A DNA stretch of 64,000 nt from a bacterium (GCA_965207065.1 OZ242260.1:3200001-3264000), one strand, 5' to 3'; shown: positions 27,417 through 38,382, numbered from the stretch's first letter. Made by a program: numbers and translations. The notes: a model not told the origin generated them from the sequence alone.

Positions 27417-28818
27417 CCGGAAGCGTGACGGCGGGGTATTTTTTTATCTCTTCGTATACTTCGCTCTGGTACGCGCGGAGGGAGGGTTCATCGAGCGCCT
27501 CGAAGCGCATGACGAGCACGGGCTGGGTGTTGGATGCCCGTATGAGGCCCCAGCCTTTCTCGAAATTGATGCGCGCCCCATCCACTTCAATGGTTTCGTA
27601 GAGGTTCTTGAAGTGTTTCTTTAGGTTTTCGACGATCTGGAATTTCTCCTCGTCCGGGCACGCGACTCTTATCTCGGGTGTCGAGACTGACGTGGGGATC
27701 TTAGACACCCGCTCGGCGAGCGTTTCGCCGGAGTCGCAGAGAAGATGCAGGAGTCTGGCCGCGGTGTAGATGGCGTCGTCATAGCCCAGGTACCCGTCCA
27801 CGAAGAAGATGTGGCCGGAGAGTTCACCGCCCAGGGGGGCCTTCTCCTCCACAATCTTGGCGCGTACGAGCGAGTGCCCTGTCGCGCTCATCACCGGACG
27901 CCCGCCCATCTGCTTAACGGCGTCGGCGAGGCGAGATGAGCACTTCACGTCGAAGACGATGGCCTCTCCGGGGCTGCGCGCCAGAATGGGCGCGGCAAGC
28001 AGCATGAGCAGTTCGTCCCCCCAGATGATCCGGCCCGTGGCGTCCACCGCGCCGATGCGGTCCCCGTCGCCGTCCAGGCCGATTCCCGCCTCGGCGCCCG
28101 TCTCGCGCACCATCGCTATCAGGGATTCGAGGTTTTCGGGCACCGTGGGGTCAGGGTGGTGATTCGGGTAGGAGGCGTCGGGCTCGGTGAAGAGCTCCAC
28201 CACCTCGGCGCCGATTCTTCTCAGCACCTGGGGCGCCAACGTGCCGCCTACCCCATTTCCCGCATCGACGACCACCTTGACGGGCCGCGAGAGCGCCAGG
28301 TCCTTGGACGCCCGCTCGATGTATTGGGGCCGGATGTCGATTTCCTCGAACGCGCCCCGCACCTCGGCCCGGTGGATCCGGTTCTCCTCGATGATTTTTC
28401 TGATTTCCTGAATTTCAACGCCGTGAATCGCTTCGCGCCCCCGGGTGATCTTGAAGCCGTTGAATTCAGGCGGGTTGTGCGATCCCGTGATCTGCACGGC
28501 TCCCGCCACGTCGAGGTGGTGCGTCGCGAAGGAAACCACCGGGGTGGGAACCATGCCGATCCCGATGACGCGGCAGCCCGAGGCGGTGAGGCCCTTTTGG
28601 AGTGCTTCGTAGAAACCGGGGGAGGAGAAGCGGTTGTCGCGTCCGACGGCGATGGCGGCCCCCTGTGAGCCGCCCAGGTGCGTGCCGAGAGCGCCGCCGA
28701 TGGTCTCGACGATCTCGGTGGTGAGGTCTTTTTCCACAACGCCGCGAATGTCGTATTCCCTGAAGATCAGCGGGTTGATGCCGGGCACGAAAAACTCCTG
28801 TTCCGGGCGAGGACGCAT
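27409..28818 (-). CDS. Phosphomannomutase/phosphoglucomutase (AlgC type)
   Basis: IFREYDIRG, ITGSHNP, DGDGDR, GELSGH, RASNTQP. Confidence 0.95.
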   Translation of the reverse strand: MRPRPEQEFFVPGINPLIFREYDIRGVVEKDLTTEIVETIGGALGTHLGGSQGAAIAVGRDNRFSSPGFYEALQKGLTASGCRVIGIGMVPTPVVSFATHHLDVAGAVQITGSHNPPEFNGFKITRGREAIHGVEIQEIRKIIEENRIHRAEVRGAFEEIDIRPQYIERASKDLALSRPVKVVVDAGNGVGGTLAPQVLRRIGAEVVELFTEPDASYPNHHPDPTVPENLESLIAMVRETGAEAGIGLDGDGDRIGAVDATGRIIWGDELLMLLAAPILARSPGEAIVFDVKCSSRLADAVKQMGGRPVMSATGHSLVRAKIVEEKAPLGGELSGHIFFVDGYLGYDDAIYTAARLLHLLCDSGETLAERVSKIPTSVSTPEIRVACPDEEKFQIVENLKKHFKNLYETIEVDGARINFEKGWGLIRASNTQPVLVMRFEALDEPSLRAYQSEVYEEIKKYPAVTLPDA

Positions 28819-29027
28819 TTTCGGAAAGCGGGCGAATTATTGCACCCCCTTCTTCGCCGGGCAACCTCATTTTCAATCCCGCCCTTTGTTCTTCCCCGTC
28901 GTGAGGGGGTATACTGCGCCTACGACCGCCTGTGCGCAGATACGCTCTACGCCTTCTGGATGGTTCGGTTATTGAAAATCTTGAAATTCAGTAATTATTC
29001 TTCTCTACATGACGGGAGATTTTCGAG

Positions 29028-29726
29028 TTGACCGCAGATACGGGTCCATTGAGCGAGCGAGTAATGATAAAGCTGGGGCGTGGCTTCGTGGGTCTTCTGG
29101 TGCGCGTATTCACCAGGATGAAAATCAGCGGAATGGAAAACATCCCGCCGGGAGGGAACATCCTCTTTTTGAGCAATCATATCTCCGCGCTCGACGTCCT
29201 GGTGATCCCCTGGGCCATCTACCTGAAATATCCTGAAGAACTGCTTCGCCAAGCGGGAAAAGAAGAGCTTTTCGATCTCCCCGTCGTTGGCTGGATACTG
29301 CACAAATGGCGGGGGTTCCCCATCAAACGGGGCGGGGCGGACAGAAATTCCATCCGAATGATTGAGGAATACATCAAAGAGGGAAAAGTGATCCTCTACC
29401 CCGAGGGCACGCGGAGCCGTGACGGGAGGCTCCTGCGGGGAAACCGGATGGTAGGCCGAATCGTGAGAAACACCACCCCCACGGTCATTCCCGTCTCAAT
29501 CACGGGGGCGGACCGGGTGATTCCGGTGGGCAAGACCCTGCCCCGCCCGGGTACGAGGGTCGAGTTGCGATTCGGCGCCCCGATGGATTTAAGCGGTGAG
29601 TATGCAATCGCCAACACGAAAGAGGCGAGCCAGAAGATTATCGATCGCGTCATGATGGCGATTGGGGAACTTCAAAACGGGGAAACCGCCGAAATTCCAG
29701 AGAAAAAGGGCGCTGCAAGTGAGTAG
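29028..29726 (+). CDS. plsC: 1-acyl-sn-glycerol-3-phosphate acyltransferase
   Basis: NHISALD (HX4D), FPIKRG, YPEGTRS. Confidence 0.88.
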   Translation: MTADTGPLSERVMIKLGRGFVGLLVRVFTRMKISGMENIPPGGNILFLSNHISALDVLVIPWAIYLKYPEELLRQAGKEELFDLPVVGWILHKWRGFPIKRGGADRNSIRMIEEYIKEGKVILYPEGTRSRDGRLLRGNRMVGRIVRNTTPTVIPVSITGADRVIPVGKTLPRPGTRVELRFGAPMDLSGEYAIANTKEASQKIIDRVMMAIGELQNGETAEIPEKKGAASE

Positions 29727-30210
29727 GGGACCCTTCTCGAAGCCCAGAAAGTTTTCATCCATCCTGAGAGAGGTGCGCCAGAAAGAGCCGTGGGGCAAGA
29801 GGCTGGCGAGGAATTTCGTGTTTCGAATCTGGCCGAGGGCCGTGGGTGAGGGCATCTCACGGGCGGCGCGGCCGGTATCTATCAGAAAAGGTTGCCTCTA
29901 TGTGGAAGTTGCGGACTCGAGTTGGCTGTATGAACTCGAACTGAGAAAACAGGATTTGATGGCGAGAATCAATGAGCACATGGAGGATTCTCGCATCGAC
30001 GAGATTCGCTTCAGACTCTCGAACGCAGGCCTCACCTTTGATGATGACGATGAGGAGGATGAACAGGCTGCGTCTTCGCGGAGAGCGACGCCGATTTCCT
30101 CCGGCGATGACGCAGCCATAGAGGACGCCATCGCCGACGTGGGTGATGAGCAATTACGCCGAGCAGCGGAAAAACTCATTTGCCACATTCGTACGCATGG
30201 AAATTCCTAA
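29719..30210 (+). CDS. DUF721/DciA family protein
   Basis: W..AVG..I...ARP.....G.L.VEV..SSW..EL......L..RIN...I.EIRF pattern. Confidence 0.75.
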   Translation: MSRGPFSKPRKFSSILREVRQKEPWGKRLARNFVFRIWPRAVGEGISRAARPVSIRKGCLYVEVADSSWLYELELRKQDLMARINEHMEDSRIDEIRFRLSNAGLTFDDDDEEDEQAASSRRATPISSGDDAAIEDAIADVGDEQLRRAAEKLICHIRTHGNS

Positions 30211-30256
30211 TTATGATAATATCCGGCGCGAGAAATAGTTGGAGAGGTTGCATTTT

Positions 30257-31996
30257 ATGTTGAAATTCTACGGCAAGCTGATATTGCCCCTCGCCCTGAT
30301 CCTGGCTGGGTGCGCGCCCCTCGAACCCGAGGTGAAGCCCGCCGCGCCTGCGCCCGTGGTCAAGCTGCGTCCGCTTTCAGACAAAATAAAGGGTACGTCG
30401 AAGTCCTATTTTCATTTTATCGCCGGGTATCGGGAAGAATTGGCCGGGAACCTCAAAGAAGCGGAAACGTCTTATGTCCAGGCGGACATGTACAATCCGA
30501 ACTCCTCTTTTCTGTCGACTCGCCTGGCGTCGCTTCTCGTCCGTCAGGGGGAACTGACCGAGGCCGAAAAATACGCTCTCAAGGCGACGGCGCAGGATGC
30601 GAAGAACCTGGAGGCCCACTTCGTTCTGGGGGGCATATACGCTTCGAGGATGAAACTGGACGAAGCCGTCGCGATTTATAAAAAAGTGCTGAAAATGAGT
30701 CCCGATCACCAGCAAACGCGCCTGCTCCTGGGCAGCGTCTATCTGGATTTGGGCAAATACTCCGAAGCCGCCGAGACGCTGGAAGTCCTCGTCGAGTCGG
30801 GAAAAAGGCCCATTCTCGGCAGGTATAGTCTCGCGCAGGCCTATGCGGGCTTGAAAAAATACGCCGAGGCGGAGAGAGAAATTTTTACACTGCTGGAGAG
30901 ACAGCCCAGATTCATGCGCGGCAGGCTCCTGCTCGCCAGGCTCTATGAGGCGCAGGAAAAATTCGAAGAAGCGGAAGCAACCTACAAAAAAGCGCAAAAA
31001 ATCGAACCCGGCAACCGAATCATTCGCTCTCGCCTGGGGCAGCTCTACATACGAAAGAAGAATATGAAGCAGGCTCTGGAAGAGTTCAAAGTGCTCCGCT
31101 CGGAGGAACCCGACAACGTGAGTGTGCACCGCACGCTCGGTTTTTTGAACTTCGATCAAAGAGAATTTCAAGATGCGCTTCGGGAATTTCGATTCGTCCT
31201 GGCGAGGAATCCGAAAGACGAAATGGTGCGCAAGTATGTCGCGAGAATTTATGAAGAACTGAAGCAATATAAGCGCGCCGAGGAGGAACTTCTCGAGTTA
31301 TTGTCTTTATTGCCCAAGTCGCTGGATGGGCACATCCAACTCGCCTGGTTGTACATCGACCAGAAAGAGTGGAAAAAGGCGAGCGACATTCTGGATAAGG
31401 CCGTAAAGCACCATCCCGAGGAAGGACGGTTGCATTATACGCGCGGTTTGGCGCTCTCCAGACAGAAGCAGTTCACCGAAGCCCTGCCCCATCTTCAAAG
31501 AGCGGTGACACTGGAGCCCGACAGAGAGGGTTATTTGTATTCTCTCGCCTCGGCGTTTTACGAGCTAAAGCGTTGGGACGACGTGGAGGCGACGACGAGA
31601 AAAATCATTCGTATAAACCCGAAGCATGCGAATGCTCTGAACTTGCTGGGCTATATGTTCTCCGAACTTGATAAAAATATCGCTGAAGCGGAAAAACTGC
31701 TGGACCGCGCCTTGGCGATCGAGCCGGAGAACGCCGCTTTTCTCGACAGCATCGGGTGGATCTACTACCGTCAGGGCCGCTTAAACGAAGCACTCGTAAA
31801 GGTGCGTCACGCGGCGACGAAGATGCCCAAGGACGCTGTCGTCCTTGATCACCTGGGCGACATATATTTCGCCTTGGAAGACCTCGGAAATGCGCTTCTC
31901 CACTGGAAGCGTGCCTCCGAGGCGGACCCGAAAAACGAAAAACTGAAAAAAAAGATTCAAAAGTACCTTCAGAAAAAGGATAAGCCCCTCATGTAG
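30257..31996 (+). CDS. Tetratricopeptide-repeat lipoprotein
   Basis: Lipobox LAG-C; many TPRs; ALN.LGY, DSIGWIYY, DHLGD. Confidence 0.9.
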   Translation: MLKFYGKLILPLALILAGCAPLEPEVKPAAPAPVVKLRPLSDKIKGTSKSYFHFIAGYREELAGNLKEAETSYVQADMYNPNSSFLSTRLASLLVRQGELTEAEKYALKATAQDAKNLEAHFVLGGIYASRMKLDEAVAIYKKVLKMSPDHQQTRLLLGSVYLDLGKYSEAAETLEVLVESGKRPILGRYSLAQAYAGLKKYAEAEREIFTLLERQPRFMRGRLLLARLYEAQEKFEEAEATYKKAQKIEPGNRIIRSRLGQLYIRKKNMKQALEEFKVLRSEEPDNVSVHRTLGFLNFDQREFQDALREFRFVLARNPKDEMVRKYVARIYEELKQYKRAEEELLELLSLLPKSLDGHIQLAWLYIDQKEWKKASDILDKAVKHHPEEGRLHYTRGLALSRQKQFTEALPHLQRAVTLEPDREGYLYSLASAFYELKRWDDVEATTRKIIRINPKHANALNLLGYMFSELDKNIAEAEKLLDRALAIEPENAAFLDSIGWIYYRQGRLNEALVKVRHAATKMPKDAVVLDHLGDIYFALEDLGNALLHWKRASEADPKNEKLKKKIQKYLQKKDKPLM

Positions 31997-32018
31997 GGAC
32001 GCCCGATTCCTTGAACAT

Positions 32019-32921
32019 TTGGCTACGCCCTCTGTTTCCCGCCCGGATTTCTCGACTTCTCTCACATGGGACATTTGGTATTTGATTAGCTTGCGTATTT
32101 GTCTGGTATTTTTTTGCTTCGCGATAGCCGGTTGCGCGCTCCTTAAAACCGGACAAGTGGAGGAAGTCGCACCGCTCGATATGTCACGGGCGGAAATCAT
32201 GGCCAAGCTGAGGCAGAGGCGATATCTCCGTGCGTACCGGGGCATGACATTCATGCAGTTGCGCTATCACGGCGATCGCTCGCAGGCGAGACACGAAAAC
32301 CCCTTGGTTCCACAGGGTACGTTTGCCGGTAACGTGGCCCTTGTCCTGAGAAAGCCCGACTCGCTGCGGATGGAGCCGCTCTCTCCGTTCGGCACGCCTT
32401 TGGTGGTGGTCGTCGCGCATGGCGCCTCGTTTCGCGCTTATTCGCCTTCGCGCAACGCCATTTACATGGGCAGGACGGACAGGCGGGGAATCGAGGAGAT
32501 TCTTGGAATCCCGCTGAACAGCGGGATTTTCATCAAGCTTTTGCTGGGGGACTGGGCGGCTGTAATGGGAGGCGAGGAAAATCTCGAATTGAAAAAGCCG
32601 GGTTCCGTCTATGTGCTCGAGACGAAGAGGGGAGCCGGAGGAGCGCTTTCGGGTTTTGTCGAACTGGAGCCTCTCGGTCTTCATCCCGTGAAAATGGAAC
32701 TTCGCACGCAGCGGGGGGCAGTCGTTGTTCACTATGGCGAGTTTTTGAAAACCGCGAACGTGTGGCGTCCCTCACAGGTGGAGATCCTAGGGCCCGATGG
32801 AAAGAACCGGCTCCACATCTCCTACCCGACGGATGAGGACGTGATGGACACGACGCTTCCGGACGAGTTGTTCCGACTGGAGACTCCCCGGGGCGCCAGG
32901 ACGCTGTGGCTGGGAGGATAG
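32019..32921 (+). CDS. LolB-like/DUF4292 lipoprotein (true start probably ~32082)
   Basis: Lipobox IAG-C; P..LR.E..SPFG.P; conserved TPR-lolB-ispE position. Confidence 0.6.
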   Translation: MATPSVSRPDFSTSLTWDIWYLISLRICLVFFCFAIAGCALLKTGQVEEVAPLDMSRAEIMAKLRQRRYLRAYRGMTFMQLRYHGDRSQARHENPLVPQGTFAGNVALVLRKPDSLRMEPLSPFGTPLVVVVAHGASFRAYSPSRNAIYMGRTDRRGIEEILGIPLNSGIFIKLLLGDWAAVMGGEENLELKKPGSVYVLETKRGAGGALSGFVELEPLGLHPVKMELRTQRGAVVVHYGEFLKTANVWRPSQVEILGPDGKNRLHISYPTDEDVMDTTLPDELFRLETPRGARTLWLGG

Positions 32922-32929
32922 CCCGTTTC

Positions 32930-33826
32930 ATGAGCGGCAAAGTTGTTTCCGAAACCGTGGCCTTGAGAACGCCTGCGAAAATCAACCTGCGCCTGAGGAT
33001 CCTGGGACTGCGCGCCGACGGCTATCACGAACTCATCACGTGGATGCAGCAGGTATCGCTGTATGACGAGGTTCGAATCGAGCCGGGCGGCAAGAGGATT
33101 CTTGTTTATACGGATAGGGCTGATGTTCCCGGCGGCAGAGAGAACATCGTGCATCGCGCGGCCCGGGCCTTGCGGGAAGCATCGGGACGCGGTGCGCTCG
33201 GTGCGCGCATCTATCTGAAGAAGAACATCCCCGCGGGTGCAGGCCTGGGCGGGGGGAGCGGCAACGCGGCGGGAGCGCTCTGGGCGCTGAACCGGGCCTG
33301 GCGCCTCGGTATGCGCAAGGCGGAATTGAGCGAAGTAGCCGCGCGCGTCGGCTCGGATGTCCCGTTTTTTCTCGGTGGACCGGCGGCGGTTTGCCGGGGC
33401 AGGGGCGAGCGTGTCGAGACGAAAGAAGCTCTGAGGAGCGGCTGGTTTCTATTGGTCAAGCCCCCCGTGGTATTGTCCACGCACGAAGTCTATGGCTGGT
33501 CTCGTGCAAAACTGGGCCGGGAGGGACGAGATTTCGACGAAACAAAGGGTCTGGTGCGTCTCGGGAAGTATGAATACGGCAATGATTTGCAGAAAATCGT
33601 CTTTCCGAAATATCCCCGGCTCGAGAGCCTGTGTGAGGAGCTCTTACGCCAAGGCGCCGTTAGGGCCATGATGAGCGGCAGCGGCTCGACGATTTTCGGC
33701 TTTTTTCGACGGAAAGGGGAGGCCGAGCGGGCGGCAATCCGTATCAGGAAGAGTGAAAAGGGGGAGAATTGCGAATGTTTTCTCACGACTCCGCTTCAGG
33801 AGACGTGGTATTCGAAAAAAAACTGA
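32930..33826 (+). CDS. ispE: 4-diphosphocytidyl-2-C-methyl-D-erythritol kinase
   Basis: PAKINL.L, KNIP.GAGLGGGS.NAA, GSDVPFF, MSGSGST. Confidence 0.95.
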   Translation: MSGKVVSETVALRTPAKINLRLRILGLRADGYHELITWMQQVSLYDEVRIEPGGKRILVYTDRADVPGGRENIVHRAARALREASGRGALGARIYLKKNIPAGAGLGGGSGNAAGALWALNRAWRLGMRKAELSEVAARVGSDVPFFLGGPAAVCRGRGERVETKEALRSGWFLLVKPPVVLSTHEVYGWSRAKLGREGRDFDETKGLVRLGKYEYGNDLQKIVFPKYPRLESLCEELLRQGAVRAMMSGSGSTIFGFFRRKGEAERAAIRIRKSEKGENCECFLTTPLQETWYSKKN

Positions 33827-33960
33827 AAAGTTAGGGAAAATTCCTGAAAAAACGGGAAATAGAGAGAATTTCGCCTCTCACCACTTGCCTCCGCCTGGAA
33901 AATCAAGTATCAAAAATCGCTCTTTGTGATTGAATGAACAATACCATGTGAGCAGGAACG

Positions 33961-34905
33961 GTGAATGGACATCAGTTAAAGGTCTTCGGCGGGCGATCGA
34001 ATCCGGCACTGAATCAGAGTATTTTTGATTCTTTGTACATCCGGCCCGGCTCGATAGAAATCATCGATTTCAGTGACGGGGAAACGTTTGTCCGAATAAA
34101 CGAGAACATCCGGGGCGCGGACGTGTTCGCCGTACAGAGTCTGTGTTCTCCCGGGAATGCGAACCTGATGGAAATGCTCATCATGCTCGATGCGTTCAGG
34201 CGCTCATCGGCCGAGCGCATCACGGCGGTGATCCCCTATTTCGCGTACGCGCGCCAGGACCGGAAGGTGCAGCCGAGAGTGCCCATTACCGCGAAACTCG
34301 TCGCCAACCTTCTGGCCGCCTCGGGTGCGGACAGGGTCATCGCTATGGATTTGCATGCGGGCCAGATACAGGGGTTTTTCGATATTCCCGTGGACCATCT
34401 CTATTCCGCGCCCATCATGATAGAGTATTTCAAGAAGAAGGAATTGAAAGATTTGGTGGTCGTCTCGCCCGACGCCGGAGGCGTGGAGAGGGCCCGTGAC
34501 TACGCGAGGAGGATGAACGCGAGTCTCGGCATCATCGATAAGCGGAGGGAGCGGGCGAACCACTCGGAAGTCATGAACATCATCGGCGACGTGAAAGGAT
34601 GCGACGTTCTGGTCGTGGATGATCTTTGTGATACGGCGGGCACGATCAGCCAGGGCGCCGATGCGCTCATGGCGGCCGGCGCGCGGCAGGTATACGCTTG
34701 CTGCACGCACGCAGTCTTGTCGGGCCCGGCGGTGGAGAGAATCGAAAAATCGGGCATCGTCGAATTCGTCGTGAGCGATTCGATACCTCTTTCGGATAAA
34801 GCGAAAGGCTGCTCTCGCATTAAAGTCCTGGAGGTGGGGAGGCTTTTGGCCGAGGCGATCCGCCGGATCCACGAGAATGCCTCCGTGAGCAGTTTGTTCG
34901 AATAA
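33961..34905 (+). CDS. prs: Ribose-phosphate pyrophosphokinase
   Basis: FSDGE, PYFAYARQDRK, DLHAGQIQGFF, VSPDAGG, VDD..DTAGT. Confidence 0.97.
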   Translation: MNGHQLKVFGGRSNPALNQSIFDSLYIRPGSIEIIDFSDGETFVRINENIRGADVFAVQSLCSPGNANLMEMLIMLDAFRRSSAERITAVIPYFAYARQDRKVQPRVPITAKLVANLLAASGADRVIAMDLHAGQIQGFFDIPVDHLYSAPIMIEYFKKKELKDLVVVSPDAGGVERARDYARRMNASLGIIDKRRERANHSEVMNIIGDVKGCDVLVVDDLCDTAGTISQGADALMAAGARQVYACCTHAVLSGPAVERIEKSGIVEFVVSDSIPLSDKAKGCSRIKVLEVGRLLAEAIRRIHENASVSSLFE

Positions 34906-34938
34906 CTATTCTGCTGGACGGAATATCTGGAGCGAAAA

Positions 34939-35613
34939 ATGGAAAATTTGTCACTCTCGGTGAATAAAAGAGCCCTGAAAGGAAAGAGCGGCGCCCGTGC
35001 GGTAAGAAAAGCAGGCAACATACCGGGCGTCGTGTACGGGATTAAAGATTCCACACCCTTGACCATCAGCCCCAAGGAACTGGAAGCCTTGCTCGGTACG
35101 AGGGCCGGCGCCAACGTCATCTTCCAACTCAACGTCGAGGGCGAAGCCGCCTCGGACCGCCCCGTTATCGTAAAAGAGCTTCAACGCGACCCGATGAAGG
35201 ACACGATTGTCCATGCGGATTTTCTGGAAATCCGGATGGACGAGAAGATCGAAATCGCCGTGCCTCTATCCTTGTCGGGTGAGTCGCCCGGTGAAAAAAT
35301 GGGTGGAACAGTCTCTCAGTTGCTGCGCGAACTGGAGGTATCCTGTTTGCCGAACGCCATCCCGGAGCAGATCGAAGTCGATGTTTCGGAGGTGGAAATT
35401 GGCGATGTGATTCACGTGCGTGATCTGCTGATTCCCGAAGGCGTTGAGCTGGTGGCCGACCCCGATGATCCCGTCATGACGGTTATGGTTCCGGTCGAAG
35501 AAGAGGAAGAAGAGGTCGAGGATGAATTTGATGTCGAAGGCGAAGGAGAAGATGCGCCGGATGCCGAGGCATCAGATGACGAGGGGGACAAAGCGGCTGA
35601 ATCTTCCGACTGA
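34939..35613 (+). CDS. rplY: 50S ribosomal protein bL25 (Ctc type)
   Basis: R..G.IPGVVYG, ELQRDP, HADF, acidic tail. Confidence 0.95.
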   Translation: MENLSLSVNKRALKGKSGARAVRKAGNIPGVVYGIKDSTPLTISPKELEALLGTRAGANVIFQLNVEGEAASDRPVIVKELQRDPMKDTIVHADFLEIRMDEKIEIAVPLSLSGESPGEKMGGTVSQLLRELEVSCLPNAIPEQIEVDVSEVEIGDVIHVRDLLIPEGVELVADPDDPVMTVMVPVEEEEEEVEDEFDVEGEGEDAPDAEASDDEGDKAAESSD

Positions 35614-35655
35614 TGGTTCGTGCGGGAAGCCGGCAATAGTGAGACTGGGGTGTAA

Positions 35656-36195
35656 ATGGCTGCCGCTGTCTTGATCGTCGGTCTTGGCAACCCCGGTTTA
35701 GAGTATGCGCTGACGAGGCACAATCTGGGGTTCTGGGCGGTGGATAGAATGGCCCGCGCCCATCGCGTTTCGGTGAATGATTCGAAATACCATTCCGTCC
35801 TGGGCAGTGGGTCGCTCAGGGGGTGGAAATTCATACTCGCGAAGCCTCAGACGTTTATGAATTTAAGTGGCAAAGCCGTGAGGGCGCTCCTTCTCGGAGA
35901 AGGGCTGGCGCCTGAAGATTTACTTGTGATGCACGACGACATGGATATCGAGCTCGGACGTGTGAAGTTCAAGAAATCGGGTGGAGACGCTGGCCATCAT
36001 GGCATCGGCAGCATCATCCACTCATTGGGTACGGACGAGTTTTCCCGTCTGCGCATCGGGGTGGGCAGACCGCCGAGTGGCGTGAACGGTGCGGATTGGT
36101 TGTTGGATCCTTTTCTCGATCATGAATTGGAAGCAGTGGATCCTGCTGTTGATGAGGCGATGCACCGGGCGATTGAGTTCGTTGTTGGCAAATGA
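35656..36195 (+). CDS. pth: Peptidyl-tRNA hydrolase
   Basis: GLGNPG..Y..TRHN.GF, KPQTFMNLSG, HDD.D, GH.G, RLRIGVGRP. Confidence 0.95.
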   Translation: MAAAVLIVGLGNPGLEYALTRHNLGFWAVDRMARAHRVSVNDSKYHSVLGSGSLRGWKFILAKPQTFMNLSGKAVRALLLGEGLAPEDLLVMHDDMDIELGRVKFKKSGGDAGHHGIGSIIHSLGTDEFSRLRIGVGRPPSGVNGADWLLDPFLDHELEAVDPAVDEAMHRAIEFVVGK

Positions 36196-36283
36196 CCTTG
36201 AATCCGTCTTGCTCATTGCAAAGTTGAAAGTCCATCTTAATACCTCTCGCTAAACAGCCCGTGAGGAGGAGGAAAGGGAGATA

Positions 36284-38281
36284 ATGGTTGCTTTCTCAAA
36301 CATGGCCGCAATCTTCGGGATTGCGGGGTTGGTTCTGGCGGCTGCGATTTACAATTGGGTTTCCAAACAATCAGACGGCAACGATCTGATGCGGAAACTC
36401 GCCGGCCAGATACATGAAGGCGCAATGGTGTTTCTGAAGAGGGAATACAAGATTCTCGCGATTTTCGTCGTGGTCGTCTTCGTTCTTCTGAGCGTCGCCA
36501 TATCCGTGAAAACGGGTATCGCCTTCATCGTCGGCGCCATCTGCTCGGTTCTCGCCGGCTTTTTCGGCATGAACTCGGCTACGAAGGCGAACGTGAGAAC
36601 GGCGGCGGCGGCGAATTCGGGCGCGGGCCAGGCGGGCGCGCTCTCCATGGCGTTCTTCGGCGGAACCGTGATGGGTCTTTCCGTCGCGAGCCTGGGACTT
36701 TTGGGCGTGGGGGCGTTGTTCTGGTATTTCGACCTGCTCAATAATGCGTCGAACGTGACCATCATCAGCGGTTTCTCGATGGGCGCGAGCTCCATCGCGC
36801 TGTTCGCGCGCGTGGGCGGCGGTATTTTCACCAAGACCGCGGACGTGGGCGCGGACCTCGTCGGCAAGGTGGAGGCGAACATTCCCGAAGACGATCCGAG
36901 GAATCCAGCCGTCATCGCCGACAACGTGGGCGACTGCGTGGGGGACGTCGCCGGCATGGGCGCCGACTTGTTCGAATCCTACGTTGGCGCCATCATTTCG
37001 ACGATATTCATCGGCTCGACCATCGGCACGGCCCTGGGCGCGAACAGCTCGGCGGCGATGGCGCTGCCCCTGCTGCTCGCTATGATGGGCTTGATCGCCT
37101 CCTCGATAGGCATCGCCTCGATGAAGGTGCTGGCATCGAAAAATCCGGCCCTCGCCCTCAGGAGCGCCACCGGAATCGCGACGGTCATATTCATCATCCT
37201 GGCTTTTTTCGTTACCGGCTCGCTGGGCCTGAATAACGGCGTGTTCGGCTCGGTTCTCTTCGGCGCGGCCGGCGGCGTCCTCATCGGCTGGCTCACCGAG
37301 TATTACACCGGAACGGGCGGAAAGCCCGTCGGCGAAATCGTCGCTGCCTCCGAGACCGGAGTGGCGACGAACATCATCAGCGGCTTCGCCGTGGGTCTCG
37401 AGAGCGTGTGCGCTCCCCTGCTCGTATTGGCGGTGATTACCCTCGTCTCGAACGGCTGGGCGGGGCTCTACGGCATCTCCATCGCCGCCGTGGGAATGCT
37501 GGCGACGATCGGCATCACCATGTCGGTCGATGCGTATGGCCCGATTGCCGATAACGCGGGCGGAATCACGGAAATGAGCGAGTTGGGGCCCGAAACGCGG
37601 AAGATCACCGACGGCCTCGACGCGCTGGGCAACACCACGGCGGCCATCGGCAAGGGATTCGCCATCGGCTCCGCCGCGCTGACGGCGCTCGCCTTTTACG
37701 CTGCGTACACGAAAGCGGCCGATCTTCAGCAGATCAACCTCACCGAAGCGAAGGTGGTGGCCGGCATGTTCATCGGCGGGGCAGTTCCGTTCCTCATTGG
37801 TGCGCTGACCATGAAATCCGTCGGTAAGGCCGCATTCATCATGATTCAGGAGATCAGGCGTCAGTTCCGTGAGATTCCCGGCATCATGGAGGGAACGGCG
37901 GACCCCGACAGTGCGCGCTGTATCGACATCAGCACCCAGGCCGCTCTCAAGGAGATGGTGCTCCCCGGCGTAGTAGCCGTCGTCGCGCCCATTATAGTGG
38001 GGTATCTGATGGGCAAAGAGGCTCTCGGCGGTATGCTCGCCGGCGCCCTGCTCTCGGGTGTTCTCGTCGCCTTGCTGATGGCGAACGCGGGCGGCGCCTG
38101 GGATAACGCGAAAAAAGAGATAGAAGACGGCAAACTCGGCGGCAAGGGCTCCGAGGCCCATAAGGCAGCCGTTGTGGGCGATACGGTGGGAGACCCGATG
38201 AAGGACACCTCGGGCCCTTCGATGAACATTCTGATCAAGTTGATGTCCATCGTATCTCTCGTGTTGGCGCCGCTTTTCTAG
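36284..38281 (+). CDS. hppA: Membrane-integral pyrophosphatase, K+-dependent type (probably Na+-pumping)
   Basis: [55 protein letters not shown]. Confidence 0.95.
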   Translation: MVAFSNMAAIFGIAGLVLAAAIYNWVSKQSDGNDLMRKLAGQIHEGAMVFLKREYKILAIFVVVVFVLLSVAISVKTGIAFIVGAICSVLAGFFGMNSATKANVRTAAAANSGAGQAGALSMAFFGGTVMGLSVASLGLLGVGALFWYFDLLNNASNVTIISGFSMGASSIALFARVGGGIFTKTADVGADLVGKVEANIPEDDPRNPAVIADNVGDCVGDVAGMGADLFESYVGAIISTIFIGSTIGTALGANSSAAMALPLLLAMMGLIASSIGIASMKVLASKNPALALRSATGIATVIFIILAFFVTGSLGLNNGVFGSVLFGAAGGVLIGWLTEYYTGTGGKPVGEIVAASETGVATNIISGFAVGLESVCAPLLVLAVITLVSNGWAGLYGISIAAVGMLATIGITMSVDAYGPIADNAGGITEMSELGPETRKITDGLDALGNTTAAIGKGFAIGSAALTALAFYAAYTKAADLQQINLTEAKVVAGMFIGGAVPFLIGALTMKSVGKAAFIMIQEIRRQFREIPGIMEGTADPDSARCIDISTQAALKEMVLPGVVAVVAPIIVGYLMGKEALGGMLAGALLSGVLVALLMANAGGAWDNAKKEIEDGKLGGKGSEAHKAAVVGDTVGDPMKDTSGPSMNILIKLMSIVSLVLAPLF

Positions 38282-38317
38282 TGAAAGCGGGCGTCTGAAG
38301 CAAAGCAAGTATTTTTA

Positions 38318-38336
38318 CGGCTCCTTGTTGGAGCCG
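38318..38336. terminator. Hairpin after hppA
   Basis: cggctcc-ttgtt-ggagccg. Confidence 0.4.
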
Positions 38337-38382
38337 CTATGGCCCGCCGAGGGCATGTATGCTAACCTTCGGCCATTATTGG

